Source: Gammaproteobacteria bacterium
Lineage (GTDB): Bacteria > Pseudomonadota > Gammaproteobacteria > UBA4575
DNA length: 64,000 nt
Direction: 5' to 3'
Assembly: GCA_965243395.1 (NCBI GenBank)
Contig: CBDEUS010000002.1
Location: forward strand, 1,056,001-1,120,000
Shown here piece by piece: positions 42,178 through 53,066 of the stretch (its first letter is position 1; every line of letters begins with the position of its first letter). A program made the translations under genes and the position numbers. The notes beneath the pieces are model-generated. The model was not told where the DNA came from and made no database searches. It was given only the letters and a program-made list of their open reading frames with translations.

Positions 42178-43461
42178 ATGTCTAAACGAATACAATCTAT
42201 TCGTGGCATGCACGATGTTTTGCCGCCAGACAGCACCTTATTACGTGCAATTGAAAATGCTACTCAGGGCATATTACGACAGTATGGTTATCATGAAATT
42301 CGTATGCCCTTGCTTGAACAAACTGAATTATTCAAACGTTCTTTAGGTGAAGTCACAGATATTGTAGAAAAAGAAATGTACACCTTTGATGATCGTAACG
42401 GTGACAGTTTAACGTTACGGCCTGAAGGAACTGCAAGCTGTGTGCGCGCAGGAATTCAACATGGTTTCCTGTATGGCCAGCCACAAAGACTCTGGTATTG
42501 CGGACCTTTTTTTCGACATGAGCGTCCCCAAAAAGGACGTTATCGTCAGTTTCATCAGCTTGGTGTAGAAACCTTTGGCTATGTAGGTCCGGATATAGAT
42601 GCCGAATTAATAATATTAAGTGCTCAAATGTGGAAGAAAATTAATCTACCTTTGCAACCTAAATTACAAATAAATAGTTTAGGGTCGTCGCAAGCACGAA
42701 AAAATTATCGCGAAAAATTGATTAATTACTTACAGCAATATAAAGATAAACTAGATAAGGAAGCTCAACACCGTTTACAAACGAATCCTATGCGTATTTT
42801 GGATAGCAAAAATCCTGATATGCAAGAAATCATTCAAAATGCGCCTAGTTTGTTAGAGCATTTAGATGCTGAATCTGCAGACCATTTTTTACAACTTCAA
42901 AAAATATTAGATGAAGCTGAAATTGAATATGAAATTAATCCGCGCTTAGTACGAGGTTTAGATTATTACAGTAAAACAGTTTTCGAATGGATTGCAGATG
43001 GTTTGGGTGCGCAAGCTACCATATGTGCAGGTGGTAGATATGATGGTTTAGTTGAACAGCTTGGTGGAAAATCATGCCCGGCTGCAGGTTTTGCCATGGG
43101 TCTTGAGAGATTAGCTTCTTTGTTAGAAGGGACTGCTGCTCAAGCCCAGCTGGCCGACGCTTCAACTGATGTTTACATGGTACTCATGGGCGAAGAAGCA
43201 GAAATGACGGGATTGAAATTAGCTGAACAACTGCGTATTCAAGTCCCCACCTCTTCTGTGGTAACAAATTGTGGTGGAGGTAGTATAAAATCCCAGATGA
43301 AGCGAGCCGATAAATCACAAGCGAAGCTGGCTTTTATTTTGGGTGAAGATGAATTAAAAAATGACCTAATCACAGTCAAGTATCTACGTGAAAAACGTGA
43401 TCAAGACTCAATTGCACAAACCGAAGCAGTATCTTTTTTAGAAAATTATCTTAATAAATAG
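42178..43461 (+). CDS. hisS: Histidyl-tRNA synthetase
   Basis: LRPEGTA, ERPQKGRYRQF, LVRGLDYY, GGRYDGL. Confidence 0.99.
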   Translation: MSKRIQSIRGMHDVLPPDSTLLRAIENATQGILRQYGYHEIRMPLLEQTELFKRSLGEVTDIVEKEMYTFDDRNGDSLTLRPEGTASCVRAGIQHGFLYGQPQRLWYCGPFFRHERPQKGRYRQFHQLGVETFGYVGPDIDAELIILSAQMWKKINLPLQPKLQINSLGSSQARKNYREKLINYLQQYKDKLDKEAQHRLQTNPMRILDSKNPDMQEIIQNAPSLLEHLDAESADHFLQLQKILDEAEIEYEINPRLVRGLDYYSKTVFEWIADGLGAQATICAGGRYDGLVEQLGGKSCPAAGFAMGLERLASLLEGTAAQAQLADASTDVYMVLMGEEAEMTGLKLAEQLRIQVPTSSVVTNCGGGSIKSQMKRADKSQAKLAFILGEDELKNDLITVKYLREKRDQDSIAQTEAVSFLENYLNK

Positions 43462-43471
43462 GCGAGGGAGT

Positions 43472-44119
43472 ATGGCCGAATACGAAACTGAAGAACAACA
43501 AGTCGAAGCCATAAAAGAATGGTGGAAACAAAATGGCATAGCAGTAATTAGCGGAGCTGTGCTGGGAATTGCAGCTTTGGTAGGTTGGCGTGGCTGGAGT
43601 TGGTATCAAGAAAAACAAGCCACAGAAGCATCTGATATTTTTACAGTAATGCAAGAAGCAATAAATAAAAACGATACTGCGGCATTACAAGTACAAGCTA
43701 AAAGTTTGCGTGATAATTATGCTTCGACGCCTTATGCATCTCTTGCGGTTTTACATGAAGCAAAAATACAAAATGAAAATGGTGATCACGCTGCTGCTGA
43801 AGAAAGTTTGCGATGGGTGTTGAATAACAGCAAGCAAGATTCAGTGCAAGACATTGCACGCTTACGATTAGCGCGCTTATTGTTAGCAAATGATAAAGTG
43901 GATGAAGCGCAAAGCATGGTTAATGTTGAAATGTCTGATGCCTATGCATCATTACTCAATGAAATTCGTGGAGATATTTTTGTTGCTAAGGGTGAACTTG
44001 AACAGGCAAGAAAAGCTTATGATCAAGCGATGCTCACAGCGGGCGGTAGCGGTGTAGAATTCTTAGAATTAAAACGTAATGATTTAGGTAGTTCGTTTGG
44101 AACTCAAAATGATACTTAA
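43472..44119 (+). CDS. yfgM: Ancillary SecYEG subunit YfgM
   Basis: TEEQQVEAIKEWW, TM, TPR. Confidence 0.9.
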   Translation: MAEYETEEQQVEAIKEWWKQNGIAVISGAVLGIAALVGWRGWSWYQEKQATEASDIFTVMQEAINKNDTAALQVQAKSLRDNYASTPYASLAVLHEAKIQNENGDHAAAEESLRWVLNNSKQDSVQDIARLRLARLLLANDKVDEAQSMVNVEMSDAYASLLNEIRGDIFVAKGELEQARKAYDQAMLTAGGSGVEFLELKRNDLGSSFGTQNDT

Positions 44120-45296
44120 CAACAGTATCAAATTTTTCTTTATTTTATTATTTGCAAGCTGTCTACAGCTTGCAGGGTGTAGTGTGCTAAAAAAACCGAA
44201 AGAATGGTTTGAGAAAGAAGAAAATCCAAGAGAGCCCACAAAACTTACCAAAATCGAAGCTGAAAAGATTCAAGTACAACAGGTATGGCGCAATTCGGTC
44301 GGAAGTTTAGAAGATTCCTATAATAAAATTCGTCCTTATATTACTGACGCACATATTTATCTATGTGATGCAGAAGGTCATGTAGAAGCATGGCAACGTG
44401 AGGATGGTAAACGTTTATGGTCTGTAAACCTTAAAGAAAATATTTCTGGCGGTGTAAATGGTGGTGAAGGAATTATTGCTATTGGAACTGAAAATGGAGA
44501 GGTTATTGCGCTGAGTGCTGATGATGGTGCGGAAAGCTGGCGCGCAAAAGTGCCAAGTGAAGTCATGTCTTTTTCTGAAGCTAAATATGGTGTTATCGCA
44601 GTACGAACTAACGATAGTAAAGTGCATGGGCTAGATTTGATTTCTGGAAATATTAATTGGAGTGCAGGTAGAGGTGCGCCTCCTTTGACATTGCGTGGTG
44701 CAAGTCAGCCAATAGTAATTGGTGATGTAGTTTTGGTAGGTTTTGATGATGGAAAATTGTCAGCTATTAATATTCGTGATGGGGAATTGCTGTGGGAAGT
44801 ATCGGTTTCAACGCCTAAAGGTCGTTCAGAGCTGGAGCGCATGTCTGATGTGGATGGAGAGTTAGCTTATCTTGATGGAATTGTATTCGCAGCAAGTTTT
44901 AATGGACGTGTTGTGGCGATAGATCTTGATACGGGTAAAACATTATGGAGTAAAGATCTCTCATCTTATGCTGGTTTAAGCGCGGATCGGGATCGCGTGT
45001 ATGTAACTGATGCGGATGATAGTATCTGGGGATTAGATATTTCCTCTGGAGCCACTTTGTGGCGCCAGGACAAACTTTTGTATAGAGAGCTGACCGCTCC
45101 GCAAGTAATGGGAAATTACATCGTCGTAGGAGATTACAAAGGCTATTTGCACTGGCTTTCAAAAGAAGAGGGCAAAATTATCGGACGTGATAATGTTGCA
45201 GGTGAAGCCATTGAGGTTGCGCCTATCATTATAAATGATCGTGCATATGTATTAGCAAATAATGGATCTCTTTCAGTATTGCAATATCGCAAATAA
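44109..45296 (+). CDS. bamB: Outer membrane protein assembly factor BamB
   Basis: Lipobox LAGC, PQQ-type beta-propeller repeats, GRSELER. Confidence 0.93.
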   Translation: MILNNSIKFFFILLFASCLQLAGCSVLKKPKEWFEKEENPREPTKLTKIEAEKIQVQQVWRNSVGSLEDSYNKIRPYITDAHIYLCDAEGHVEAWQREDGKRLWSVNLKENISGGVNGGEGIIAIGTENGEVIALSADDGAESWRAKVPSEVMSFSEAKYGVIAVRTNDSKVHGLDLISGNINWSAGRGAPPLTLRGASQPIVIGDVVLVGFDDGKLSAINIRDGELLWEVSVSTPKGRSELERMSDVDGELAYLDGIVFAASFNGRVVAIDLDTGKTLWSKDLSSYAGLSADRDRVYVTDADDSIWGLDISSGATLWRQDKLLYRELTAPQVMGNYIVVGDYKGYLHWLSKEEGKIIGRDNVAGEAIEVAPIIINDRAYVLANNGSLSVLQYRK

Positions 45297-45345
45297 TTGC
45301 TAATTTTTCTTTTTCAAATATTGATTTACCAACGAGTGTATAGAT

Positions 45346-46755
45346 ATGAAACCTGTCATTGCACTGGTCGGTCGACCAAATGTTGGTAAGTCAACATTAT
45401 TTAATTATCTAACCAAGTCTAATACTGCATTAGTCGCAGATCAGCCAGGATTGACACGTGATCGCATTTACGGCGTCACTCGGCGTTTTGATGACCGCTA
45501 TATTGTGATTGACACAGGAGGGATAGCTCCTCCAGATGATTCCATAGACCAAAACAAAATAAATATTTCGATCAGTAACCAAGCGTGGTTAGCCATAGAG
45601 GAAGCCGATTTAGTTTGTTTTTTGGTAGACGGTATTGAGGGCCTAGTGCCTCAGGACCAAGAAGTATTTTCTAAATTAAGAAATGCTAATAAAAAAACGA
45701 TCATCTTAGTGAACAAAGCAGATGCAGGTATGCAGAGTTTACTTTCCAGTGACTTTTATTCTCTGGGTGCAGAGCATGTCTATGAAATCTCCGCAAAGTC
45801 TGGCAAAGGGGTTAGAAGTTTATTTGATGAATTAGATGAGCAATTCCCAGTCATAGAAGAAACTGAAGAAGAATCTGAAAAAGTAAAAGTCATTAAAGTG
45901 GCATTGGTTGGGCGTCCAAATGTTGGCAAATCAACTTTGGCGAATGCGCTTATCGGTGAAGAACGTTTTGTAACCTCCAACATTCCAGGAACAACCCGGG
46001 ACAGCATTTCGGCACGGATCGAAAAATTTGGTACTCAATTTGAGCTTATCGATACAGCCGGAGTACGCAGGCGCAGCAAAGTCCTAAATATGGTTGAAAA
46101 ATTCAGCGTGGTAAAAACGATACAAGCTATTGAAAATGCTCATGTAGTGATCCTTATGTTAGATGGCACGCAAGAATTTGCAGAACAAGATGCACGGTTG
46201 GCAGGCATGGTATTAGAAAGTGGTCGTGCAGTAGTTGTTGCAATTAATAAAATGGATGCTAGTTCAATTGAAGATCGTAAACAGATGCAAAAAGGCTTTG
46301 ATTTAAAATTACGTTTTCTTGAATATGCAGAAAAGTTATTCATCTCTGCCAAAAATAAAGAAGGAATTACAAAATTATTACGTGCGGCAGTGCGAGCCTA
46401 TAAATCTTCAAATATAGAAATTACAACCGCAGAAATTAACCGTATGTTGGAAAATGCCTTGGAAAGTTTTCAGCCGCCATTAGTGCGTGGACGGAGAATT
46501 AGACTTAAATATGCAGCTCAAGTAGGGAAAAATCCTCCCACAATTGCAATTCATGGCAATCAAATTGGAAGAATTCCTGGTTCTTATAAGCGTTATTTAG
46601 AAAACTATTTTCGTAAAACACTTAAGTTAGTCGGAACACCCATCTTATTAGTATTCAAACAACCCGATAATCCCTATGCAGGTAAACGCAATAAATTAAC
46701 GCCGAGACAACAACGTTCTAGAAAGAAAATGCTTAAGAAAGTGAAACGCAAATGA
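45346..46755 (+). CDS. der: Ribosome biogenesis GTPase Der
   Basis: Two GRPNVGKS P-loops; KH-like C-terminus. Confidence 0.98.
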   Translation: MKPVIALVGRPNVGKSTLFNYLTKSNTALVADQPGLTRDRIYGVTRRFDDRYIVIDTGGIAPPDDSIDQNKINISISNQAWLAIEEADLVCFLVDGIEGLVPQDQEVFSKLRNANKKTIILVNKADAGMQSLLSSDFYSLGAEHVYEISAKSGKGVRSLFDELDEQFPVIEETEEESEKVKVIKVALVGRPNVGKSTLANALIGEERFVTSNIPGTTRDSISARIEKFGTQFELIDTAGVRRRSKVLNMVEKFSVVKTIQAIENAHVVILMLDGTQEFAEQDARLAGMVLESGRAVVVAINKMDASSIEDRKQMQKGFDLKLRFLEYAEKLFISAKNKEGITKLLRAAVRAYKSSNIEITTAEINRMLENALESFQPPLVRGRRIRLKYAAQVGKNPPTIAIHGNQIGRIPGSYKRYLENYFRKTLKLVGTPILLVFKQPDNPYAGKRNKLTPRQQRSRKKMLKKVKRK

Positions 46756-46781
46756 TGCTAACGCTTAGAAAATAATTAGAT

Positions 46782-47159
46782 ATGTCTGAATATCAAGAAA
46801 TCGTATTTGAAAAACTAATAGTTTCACTGTTAATTTTATTTGTAATCGCGATTCTATATTTTATTTTTAATAAAAATCATTCAATAATTAATCGTTTTAT
46901 TACTACACTGCATTCAGTAATTGCTATTACAGGTGCAATGTATGCAATTGTGGTTTGTAAACTTACTGGACCAAATTCTTTTGAACCACACACAGTTATT
47001 TTTTCCAATATATTAGCGATTTCTGCAATATTTGGATTCGTTGCAATTTTTTTATTTAAAGGGAATAAATCAATTCACCTTTTGTTATTCCCATTTCTGG
47101 TTTGTTTGGCTTATGTTTGGCATGTGGGTGGTATGGCGATTACCCACACATTGCTGTAA
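46782..47159 (+). CDS. Hypothetical 4-TM membrane protein
   Basis: 125-aa ORF with four hydrophobic segments. Confidence 0.6.
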   Translation: MSEYQEIVFEKLIVSLLILFVIAILYFIFNKNHSIINRFITTLHSVIAITGAMYAIVVCKLTGPNSFEPHTVIFSNILAISAIFGFVAIFLFKGNKSIHLLLFPFLVCLAYVWHVGGMAITHTLL

Positions 47160-47162
47160 GTG

Positions 47163-47867
47163 TTATAGACCGAACTTAGGCAAAATAATTTGCAAATACA
47201 AATCTGCAATTTTTTGATGCCCGTCATTATTTGGATGAAAACCATCCTTTTTGCTCACTAACATATCTCCAGGTGCAGCTTTGTAGAAATCTACAATAGG
47301 CACGTTGTATGCATTGGCCTGACGGGTAATGGCAGCATTAAATGCGGCGACTCTTTCTACTGTTACATCATTGTCAGGGTCTTCCCTAAAGCGTTTAATT
47401 TGAGTGAGCTCAGGTAAATTCATAATTACAATAAAAGCGAAGCTTTTATTGCGTATGCGTCTTAACATACTTTCTAAATATTCTTCAAATTCATTCACAT
47501 CATTTCCACCAATTAAGTCATTGGCACCCGTCCAAATCGTGATTAAATCAATGTCCTTATCACGTTTAAGTGCTGTTTTTGCAGATTTTTTAATGGCGGG
47601 GATGTCTGCGGTGGGAATGCCCAGGTTGAGTAAACTGACTCTTCTACCTCGATCTTCTAAACCGTCTTTTATTCGGTACACATAACCTCTTGTGATAGGG
47701 TTAGCACCTATTCCAAATGCATCACTTGCTCCTAAGGCAACATAATGTACAGGTGGAAGATTGTTTGCAGGACCTTCTTTTAAGTCATCATCATTTGATG
47801 AGGTTGCACAACTGCTTATTATGAAAATAACAAACAGACAAATAAATAAACGGATCATTTTTTTCAT
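47163..47867 (-). CDS. SGNH/GDSL hydrolase lipoprotein
   Basis: Lipobox ISSC; blocks ALGAS, GAND, DGFHPN. Confidence 0.88.
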   Translation of the reverse strand: MKKMIRLFICLFVIFIISSCATSSNDDDLKEGPANNLPPVHYVALGASDAFGIGANPITRGYVYRIKDGLEDRGRRVSLLNLGIPTADIPAIKKSAKTALKRDKDIDLITIWTGANDLIGGNDVNEFEEYLESMLRRIRNKSFAFIVIMNLPELTQIKRFREDPDNDVTVERVAAFNAAITRQANAYNVPIVDFYKAAPGDMLVSKKDGFHPNNDGHQKIADLYLQIILPKFGL

Positions 47868-47943
47868 ATATAGCTGCCAACTGTTTTGGCAGTATTATAT
47901 AAAAAATGTGTATTTTGACGTAATCTTTTTGTAATGTTTTGGT

Positions 47944-48324
47944 TTATGCCTTGGATAACATTGATTTAGCATTGTGCATACGCTTATAAAGCGGCGCGCA
48001 TTCAGGAAGTATAGTATCAGTGAATTCTTGTTTGGATAAGTTGTTATCAGCTGCGTATTTTTTGACAAGTTTGATATACATATCGCAAATTGCGATTTCA
48101 TTTTCATAGTTTTTTTCTTTTCTAGATAACACTGCCACCTGCTCGAAGTATTTTGGGGCAGGCATGATTCCTGTGTCTACTGATTTCTGTATCTCTTCTC
48201 TACAGAACTCTACAACAGTATTTATATCTGTTGTATCTGCATCTAAATTTTTAGTGTTAGTATGTATATCTTTAAGAGGAATAACTTTTCTAATAATTGT
48301 ATTTAACCTGTTCTTCGCCATCAT
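47944..48324 (-). CDS. Hypothetical helical (TPR-like) protein
   Basis: Likely start MMAKNR after AAGGA SD; PAPKYFEQVAVLSRKEKNYENEIAIC motif. Confidence 0.65.
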   Translation of the reverse strand: MMAKNRLNTIIRKVIPLKDIHTNTKNLDADTTDINTVVEFCREEIQKSVDTGIMPAPKYFEQVAVLSRKEKNYENEIAICDMYIKLVKKYAADNNLSKQEFTDTILPECAPLYKRMHNAKSMLSKA

Positions 48325-48529
48325 GTCTTCCTTGTATGATGTCTCTATATTCATATAAAAAAGCTCAGTCGGACGTTCAGTCCCGATAAACGGACAATAA
48401 AATAATACGAAGTTCCACATACATCAATGTATTAAAACTACTGTTGTATTAATTAAGAAAAGAGAATTTTCTCAATAAAATTAACTATAAAATAGTAAAT
48501 AACAGAGTAAACAACCAAAATTGAATGAG

Positions 48530-48727
48530 TTAGTTGAGTTTGTTTACCAGCCGATAGGCTCCTATCAATATACCAATACCTACATATAGGCCTAAGAGCG
48601 AAATAAACAATAATAAGCCTAGCTCGAAAGGTATGAAGCGGGATTTAACAGCATAAAATAGTCCAAACACAAGACCGACGAATAGCCATACCGCTGCGAG
48701 CACATAAATTAGTTTTTTCTTATTCAA
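48530..48727 (-). CDS. Small 2-TM membrane protein
   Basis: 65-aa ORF with two hydrophobic helices; TTG start. Confidence 0.55.
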   Translation of the reverse strand: MNKKKLIYVLAAVWLFVGLVFGLFYAVKSRFIPFELGLLLFISLLGLYVGIGILIGAYRLVNKLN

Positions 48728-48855
48728 AGTATGTTCTTTATTTTGAACCTTTTAACTAAAGACTTCATTTTACGAGATGAACCCAAACTTATGTGTAGAA
48801 TGGCACGTTTCAAAATCAAGTATTTGTAATACTTGTATTATGCCTTACTGATTAA

Positions 48856-50940
48856 TCAAGAAATAGCCTGAATCTTACGGTTTAAATAGTTTAACTCTGC
48901 TTTAAGTACATCTAGATTTTGTTTAGAGCACTTTTGGCTCGGATCATAGAGTAATGAATTAATCATATCGATTACAGGTGAATATTCAGCTTTAGAAAGG
49001 TTAATTTGTTTGCTGACATGCTCGATAAACTTTGCCGGGGTTTCTTCAAAATTGCGTTTGAATCCTTTTTTACAGAGTTTAGAGGCAAATTCTAGATAAA
49101 GCTTGATTACTGGATGTTGATGTTTAGCTCTATTAGTAAAAATAAGAGGAATAATCACTATTACAACGCTTAGCAATGCCCCAAGTAATAAGACAAATGC
49201 GATTTTGATTGTTGTTATATTTCCGAATAGTTTTTGAAGAAAGTCGGTTTGAAGCTCAGAATTGTAGCCAATAATAAATAAATTCCATCTATGTTCAATC
49301 GATTCTAAAAAAAACATTATTTTTTGCATACCTGGAACACCATTGAGCCGAGCATTTGTAAATGCAGATAGTGAACCTAAATCATTTTCTGATAATGCCG
49401 CACTTAAGCTTTCGTGAATTCTAGATGGCGCAACAGCAGCAGTAGGGTCAATGCGTTGCCAACCCTGGTTTGCGATCCAATATTCTACCCATGCATGTGC
49501 CAGGTATTGCCGAACTACAACATGGCCTGTAATAGGATTGATTTCTCCACCTTGATATCCGCCTACCATACGTGCGGGTATACCTACAGAGCGAAGCATA
49601 TATACCATTGCACCTGCGTAGTGAGTACAGAAACCTTGTCGGGTATTAAACCAAAATTGATCAATACTATTTTCACGCTCAAGTTGTGGCGGTTCTAATG
49701 TGTAGTGATAAGCTTCGTCTCGAATGTGTTTAAGTAAATTATCTATAAACGATTCATGGTCAGATGATTCTGCATATAAATTTTGAGCAAACTCAATAAT
49801 TTTTGGATTATCATTTTTATCAAATTGTGTAGTTTGAATTCGAATAAACTCAGGTAACCAAGTGTTTAATGTTGCATTTGGATATGAATCTACATCGTAT
49901 TGTAAGATGGAGTGTACAGGATGTTTGTTGATGAGCTTATAGTCCCATGTTAATCCCATAGATTGAGTTATGGGTATGGCAAGATCAATGCCTATAAGAT
50001 GTTGACTATTTGTTGGTTCAAACAAAATAGAATAAGAAAATTTAGAATTGCTATCACCCAGTTCATTTGGTATGAACCAAGCTTTATTTTTATTATTCGC
50101 CCAACTAATTTTGGGTATATTATTAAACTTGGGTGGGATAGTGGCTTCAGACCATTTGCCTTTATAAAAGTCTGTGTACACTCTACCTCGCCAATATAAT
50201 TTGCTTGTAGAAGGCGGCTCTTCTTTAAAAATTGCACGAAAGGCAATTTCATCTGAACGAGCAAGTTTCGTAATATCACCAGGGGTCATTTCAGATCCTA
50301 AGCCAGTGCGCGCTTGTTGACTTGGGCTTGAGATTGCCCAGATTGGTCCGATACGTGGAAAAAGAATAAATAGCACAACCATAAGGGGAATTGCTTGCGC
50401 TAATAATTTACTTGCAACTTTTAAAGACTCATAAGGTTTTACATGAGTATGAAGTTGATTCATACCTACCATAGATGCAGTCACAAGAATCAAAACGCAG
50501 AGCTCATAGGCAACTATTAACATACTATTATTGAAAATAAATTCTATTGCTATGACAAAGTAAGCAATAAAGATAACAACATATGCGTCACGTTGAGTCT
50601 TCATTTCCAGCAATTTGAGTGCAAATGCCATAATTAGTAATGCAGCCCAAGTTTCCAGGTTTTGTTGAATACCTTCAGTTATGATGATTCCTGCCGTACT
50701 TATTAATACTAAAACGGCTTTTTGCCAAAAAGATAAAAAGCTTTTACGGCCTAAGAAAATCATCCAGCGCCAGATCACACAAAATAAACCTGCAGCAATA
50801 ATCCAGAATGAAACTTGTTTTGCATGTGGGATAATTACCATTACAAATGTTGCAAGCAACATGATTAAGCTATTGCGCGGAATTTGTGTAACCACGCCAT
50901 GCTGCCATTTGCTTTCTTGTCGACTTCTAAATATCTTCAT
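48856..50940 (-). CDS. TgpA-like membrane transglutaminase (DUF3488 + transglutaminase core)
   Basis: N-terminal TMs, LYWRG, triad GFCTHYA / AHAWVE / IDPT. Confidence 0.9.
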   Translation of the reverse strand: MKIFRSRQESKWQHGVVTQIPRNSLIMLLATFVMVIIPHAKQVSFWIIAAGLFCVIWRWMIFLGRKSFLSFWQKAVLVLISTAGIIITEGIQQNLETWAALLIMAFALKLLEMKTQRDAYVVIFIAYFVIAIEFIFNNSMLIVAYELCVLILVTASMVGMNQLHTHVKPYESLKVASKLLAQAIPLMVVLFILFPRIGPIWAISSPSQQARTGLGSEMTPGDITKLARSDEIAFRAIFKEEPPSTSKLYWRGRVYTDFYKGKWSEATIPPKFNNIPKISWANNKNKAWFIPNELGDSNSKFSYSILFEPTNSQHLIGIDLAIPITQSMGLTWDYKLINKHPVHSILQYDVDSYPNATLNTWLPEFIRIQTTQFDKNDNPKIIEFAQNLYAESSDHESFIDNLLKHIRDEAYHYTLEPPQLERENSIDQFWFNTRQGFCTHYAGAMVYMLRSVGIPARMVGGYQGGEINPITGHVVVRQYLAHAWVEYWIANQGWQRIDPTAAVAPSRIHESLSAALSENDLGSLSAFTNARLNGVPGMQKIMFFLESIEHRWNLFIIGYNSELQTDFLQKLFGNITTIKIAFVLLLGALLSVVIVIIPLIFTNRAKHQHPVIKLYLEFASKLCKKGFKRNFEETPAKFIEHVSKQINLSKAEYSPVIDMINSLLYDPSQKCSKQNLDVLKAELNYLNRKIQAIS

Positions 50941-51925
50941 GAGGGAAACCGAAAAGTGCGAGTTCTTTTAGTATTTGATCTAAATGTGTTTTGCCTGTGT
51001 TTGGCGGGATTTCAACGTCTGGCAGTCTTAATCCATATTCTTTATTGTTTTTATATGCATTTAATGCCATGCCGGTTAATCGGCTTAAGCGTAGTTCTGT
51101 TTCTCCTTCCAGCTGAGACCAATCCAGTATTAAGCGGGAATCAACGTAGGCTGAAAATTGTTTGACTAGCAAGTTATCTTGACGAGCATAGCTGCGCCAA
51201 AGAATATGCCGAGGGGAATCTCCTGGATGATAGTTACGCATATCATGAAAATCGTCACTCCCACTTCGATGGCTTAAATGCCCCTCATCATTATTACTGA
51301 TATTCTCAAACTGAAATTCGCAAAAAATAGGTTTAGGATAGACAATAGCTTGAGCATTTAGGTCAATCCAAGTCCAGGCACGTAGTAAACCTAGTGGGTA
51401 ATAAGTTTCTACTAGAAGTCGTTTTGGTTTAAACCAACCTCGTTGTTTACTTTTAGTGAAACAATGTACGGTAGTAGAAGCATTATCATATAACTCTACC
51501 CACTGCTTTACATGATTTGGCCAACCAACTTGTATTCCTTCTCGATTTGAGTTTTCAGGACGCGTGACCTTAATTACAAATTCTATATCTTCATCAACAA
51601 AACCTGTTCCTGTTTTTTGTAACTCAAACGTAATTCCTGCTAAATTCTTATATGTATAAAAAATAGTAATAAAAAAAACACTTCCCAACCAGAAAGCTAG
51701 CCCAAATATCAGCGAATTTTCATAATTTATTGCCGCTAAGAGTAAGGCTAATAATAATACTGAAAATACAAACCCAATTTGTGTTGGAAAAATAAATATC
51801 GACTTTTGACTAAGTGTGATTTTTTGTTGAGGAGGAATACGTTGATTGAGCCAATTCTTAAATTGGTTTTTTAAGGACCGTTTCGGCCAAATTGAGTCGC
51901 TAGTAGAACGGCTAAGCGAGGACAT
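50927..51925 (-). CDS. DUF58 protein
   Basis: YPLGLLRAW, DFHDMRNYHPGDSPRHILWR. Confidence 0.9.
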   Translation of the reverse strand: MSSLSRSTSDSIWPKRSLKNQFKNWLNQRIPPQQKITLSQKSIFIFPTQIGFVFSVLLLALLLAAINYENSLIFGLAFWLGSVFFITIFYTYKNLAGITFELQKTGTGFVDEDIEFVIKVTRPENSNREGIQVGWPNHVKQWVELYDNASTTVHCFTKSKQRGWFKPKRLLVETYYPLGLLRAWTWIDLNAQAIVYPKPIFCEFQFENISNNDEGHLSHRSGSDDFHDMRNYHPGDSPRHILWRSYARQDNLLVKQFSAYVDSRLILDWSQLEGETELRLSRLTGMALNAYKNNKEYGLRLPDVEIPPNTGKTHLDQILKELALFGFPHEDI

Positions 51926-52880
51926 CTACACCAGTAAGTAGTTTTTGTGCTAAGGAAATAGCTCCATGCCCACTAAAGTCAGCACTACCTCTTAAACGAT
52001 GTTCTACTACACTGGGTAGTACATTTTGAACATCTTCAGGAATTACATGATCCCGTTGATGGATGAGTGCCCATGCTTTTGCAGCACGTAATAGTGACAA
52101 TGCGCCACGAGGTGAAAGTCCAATCGCAAACTCATTTTGCTTGCGTGTGTAGTCTACTAAGCGTTGTACATAATCAAGCAATGTGTCTGCTATTTTTACT
52201 TGCTCCACTTCATTTTGAATTGCAATTAATTTTTCTGCACTTATCACAGCATTAAGTTTTCCTAATTGCTTGCGTCGATCGCCATCGAGTAATAGTTGAC
52301 GTTCTGCTTCTTTATTAGGATAACCAAGTTCTATTCGCATCAAAAACCGATCTATCTGTGATTCTGGCAATGGGTATGTGCCAGTTTGGGTGGCAGGGTT
52401 TTGTGTAGCAATTACAAAGAAGGGTTGCGGAAGTTGATGAGATTCACCTTCTATGGTGACTGTTTGCTCTTCCATAACTTCTAATAATGCGCTTTGACTT
52501 TTTGGAGTTGCGCGGTTTATTTCGTCTGCAAGTAATACTTGTGAAAATACTGGTCCCGGCATGAAGCGAAATTCAGAGGTGTTTTTGTCAAATATGGAAA
52601 CTCCAATTACATCACTAGGCAGTAGGTCACTGGTGAATTGAATGCGATTGTATTCAAGGCCCAAAATTTGTGCGAGCGTCTGGGATAGTAGGGTTTTCCC
52701 CATGCCTGGTAAATCTTCAATGAGTAAATGTCCTCTTGCAAATAAACATGTTAGCGCTAATCGAATTTGATCATCTTTCCCAAGCAGGACTTTTGAAACT
52801 GCCTCAATAATGGCATCAATTGTGTCTGCTTGAGAAATGTTAACTTGAGAGAATTTTCTAGCGTTAGATTCGGTAGCCAT
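51912..52880 (-). CDS. MoxR-family AAA+ ATPase
   Basis: EDLPGMGKT, RIQFTSDLLPSD, LLADEINRA, ATQNP. Confidence 0.95.
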   Translation of the reverse strand: MATESNARKFSQVNISQADTIDAIIEAVSKVLLGKDDQIRLALTCLFARGHLLIEDLPGMGKTLLSQTLAQILGLEYNRIQFTSDLLPSDVIGVSIFDKNTSEFRFMPGPVFSQVLLADEINRATPKSQSALLEVMEEQTVTIEGESHQLPQPFFVIATQNPATQTGTYPLPESQIDRFLMRIELGYPNKEAERQLLLDGDRRKQLGKLNAVISAEKLIAIQNEVEQVKIADTLLDYVQRLVDYTRKQNEFAIGLSPRGALSLLRAAKAWALIHQRDHVIPEDVQNVLPSVVEHRLRGSADFSGHGAISLAQKLLTGVDVLA

Positions 52881-53066
52881 GTGTATTCATTCCTTTGTGA
52901 ATAACCATAACTGTAAATAGCTGCTAGGCCTAGGTCATTGGTCAGTCATATGTGTTCAAAAAAGGGGAATACATGTACATATATGATTATATAGGCCTAA
53001 TTCATGGTAATTCCAGCCAGCAGTTTCATAACTTTATTGATCAGACAAACAGAACAGTTCTCGTAT

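Noticed and set aside
48386-48416. ECF-like promoter GGAACTT...CGTTT on the minus strand
   Set aside because: Spacing fits neither the RpoE pattern nor the TAACCC-N16-CGT motif
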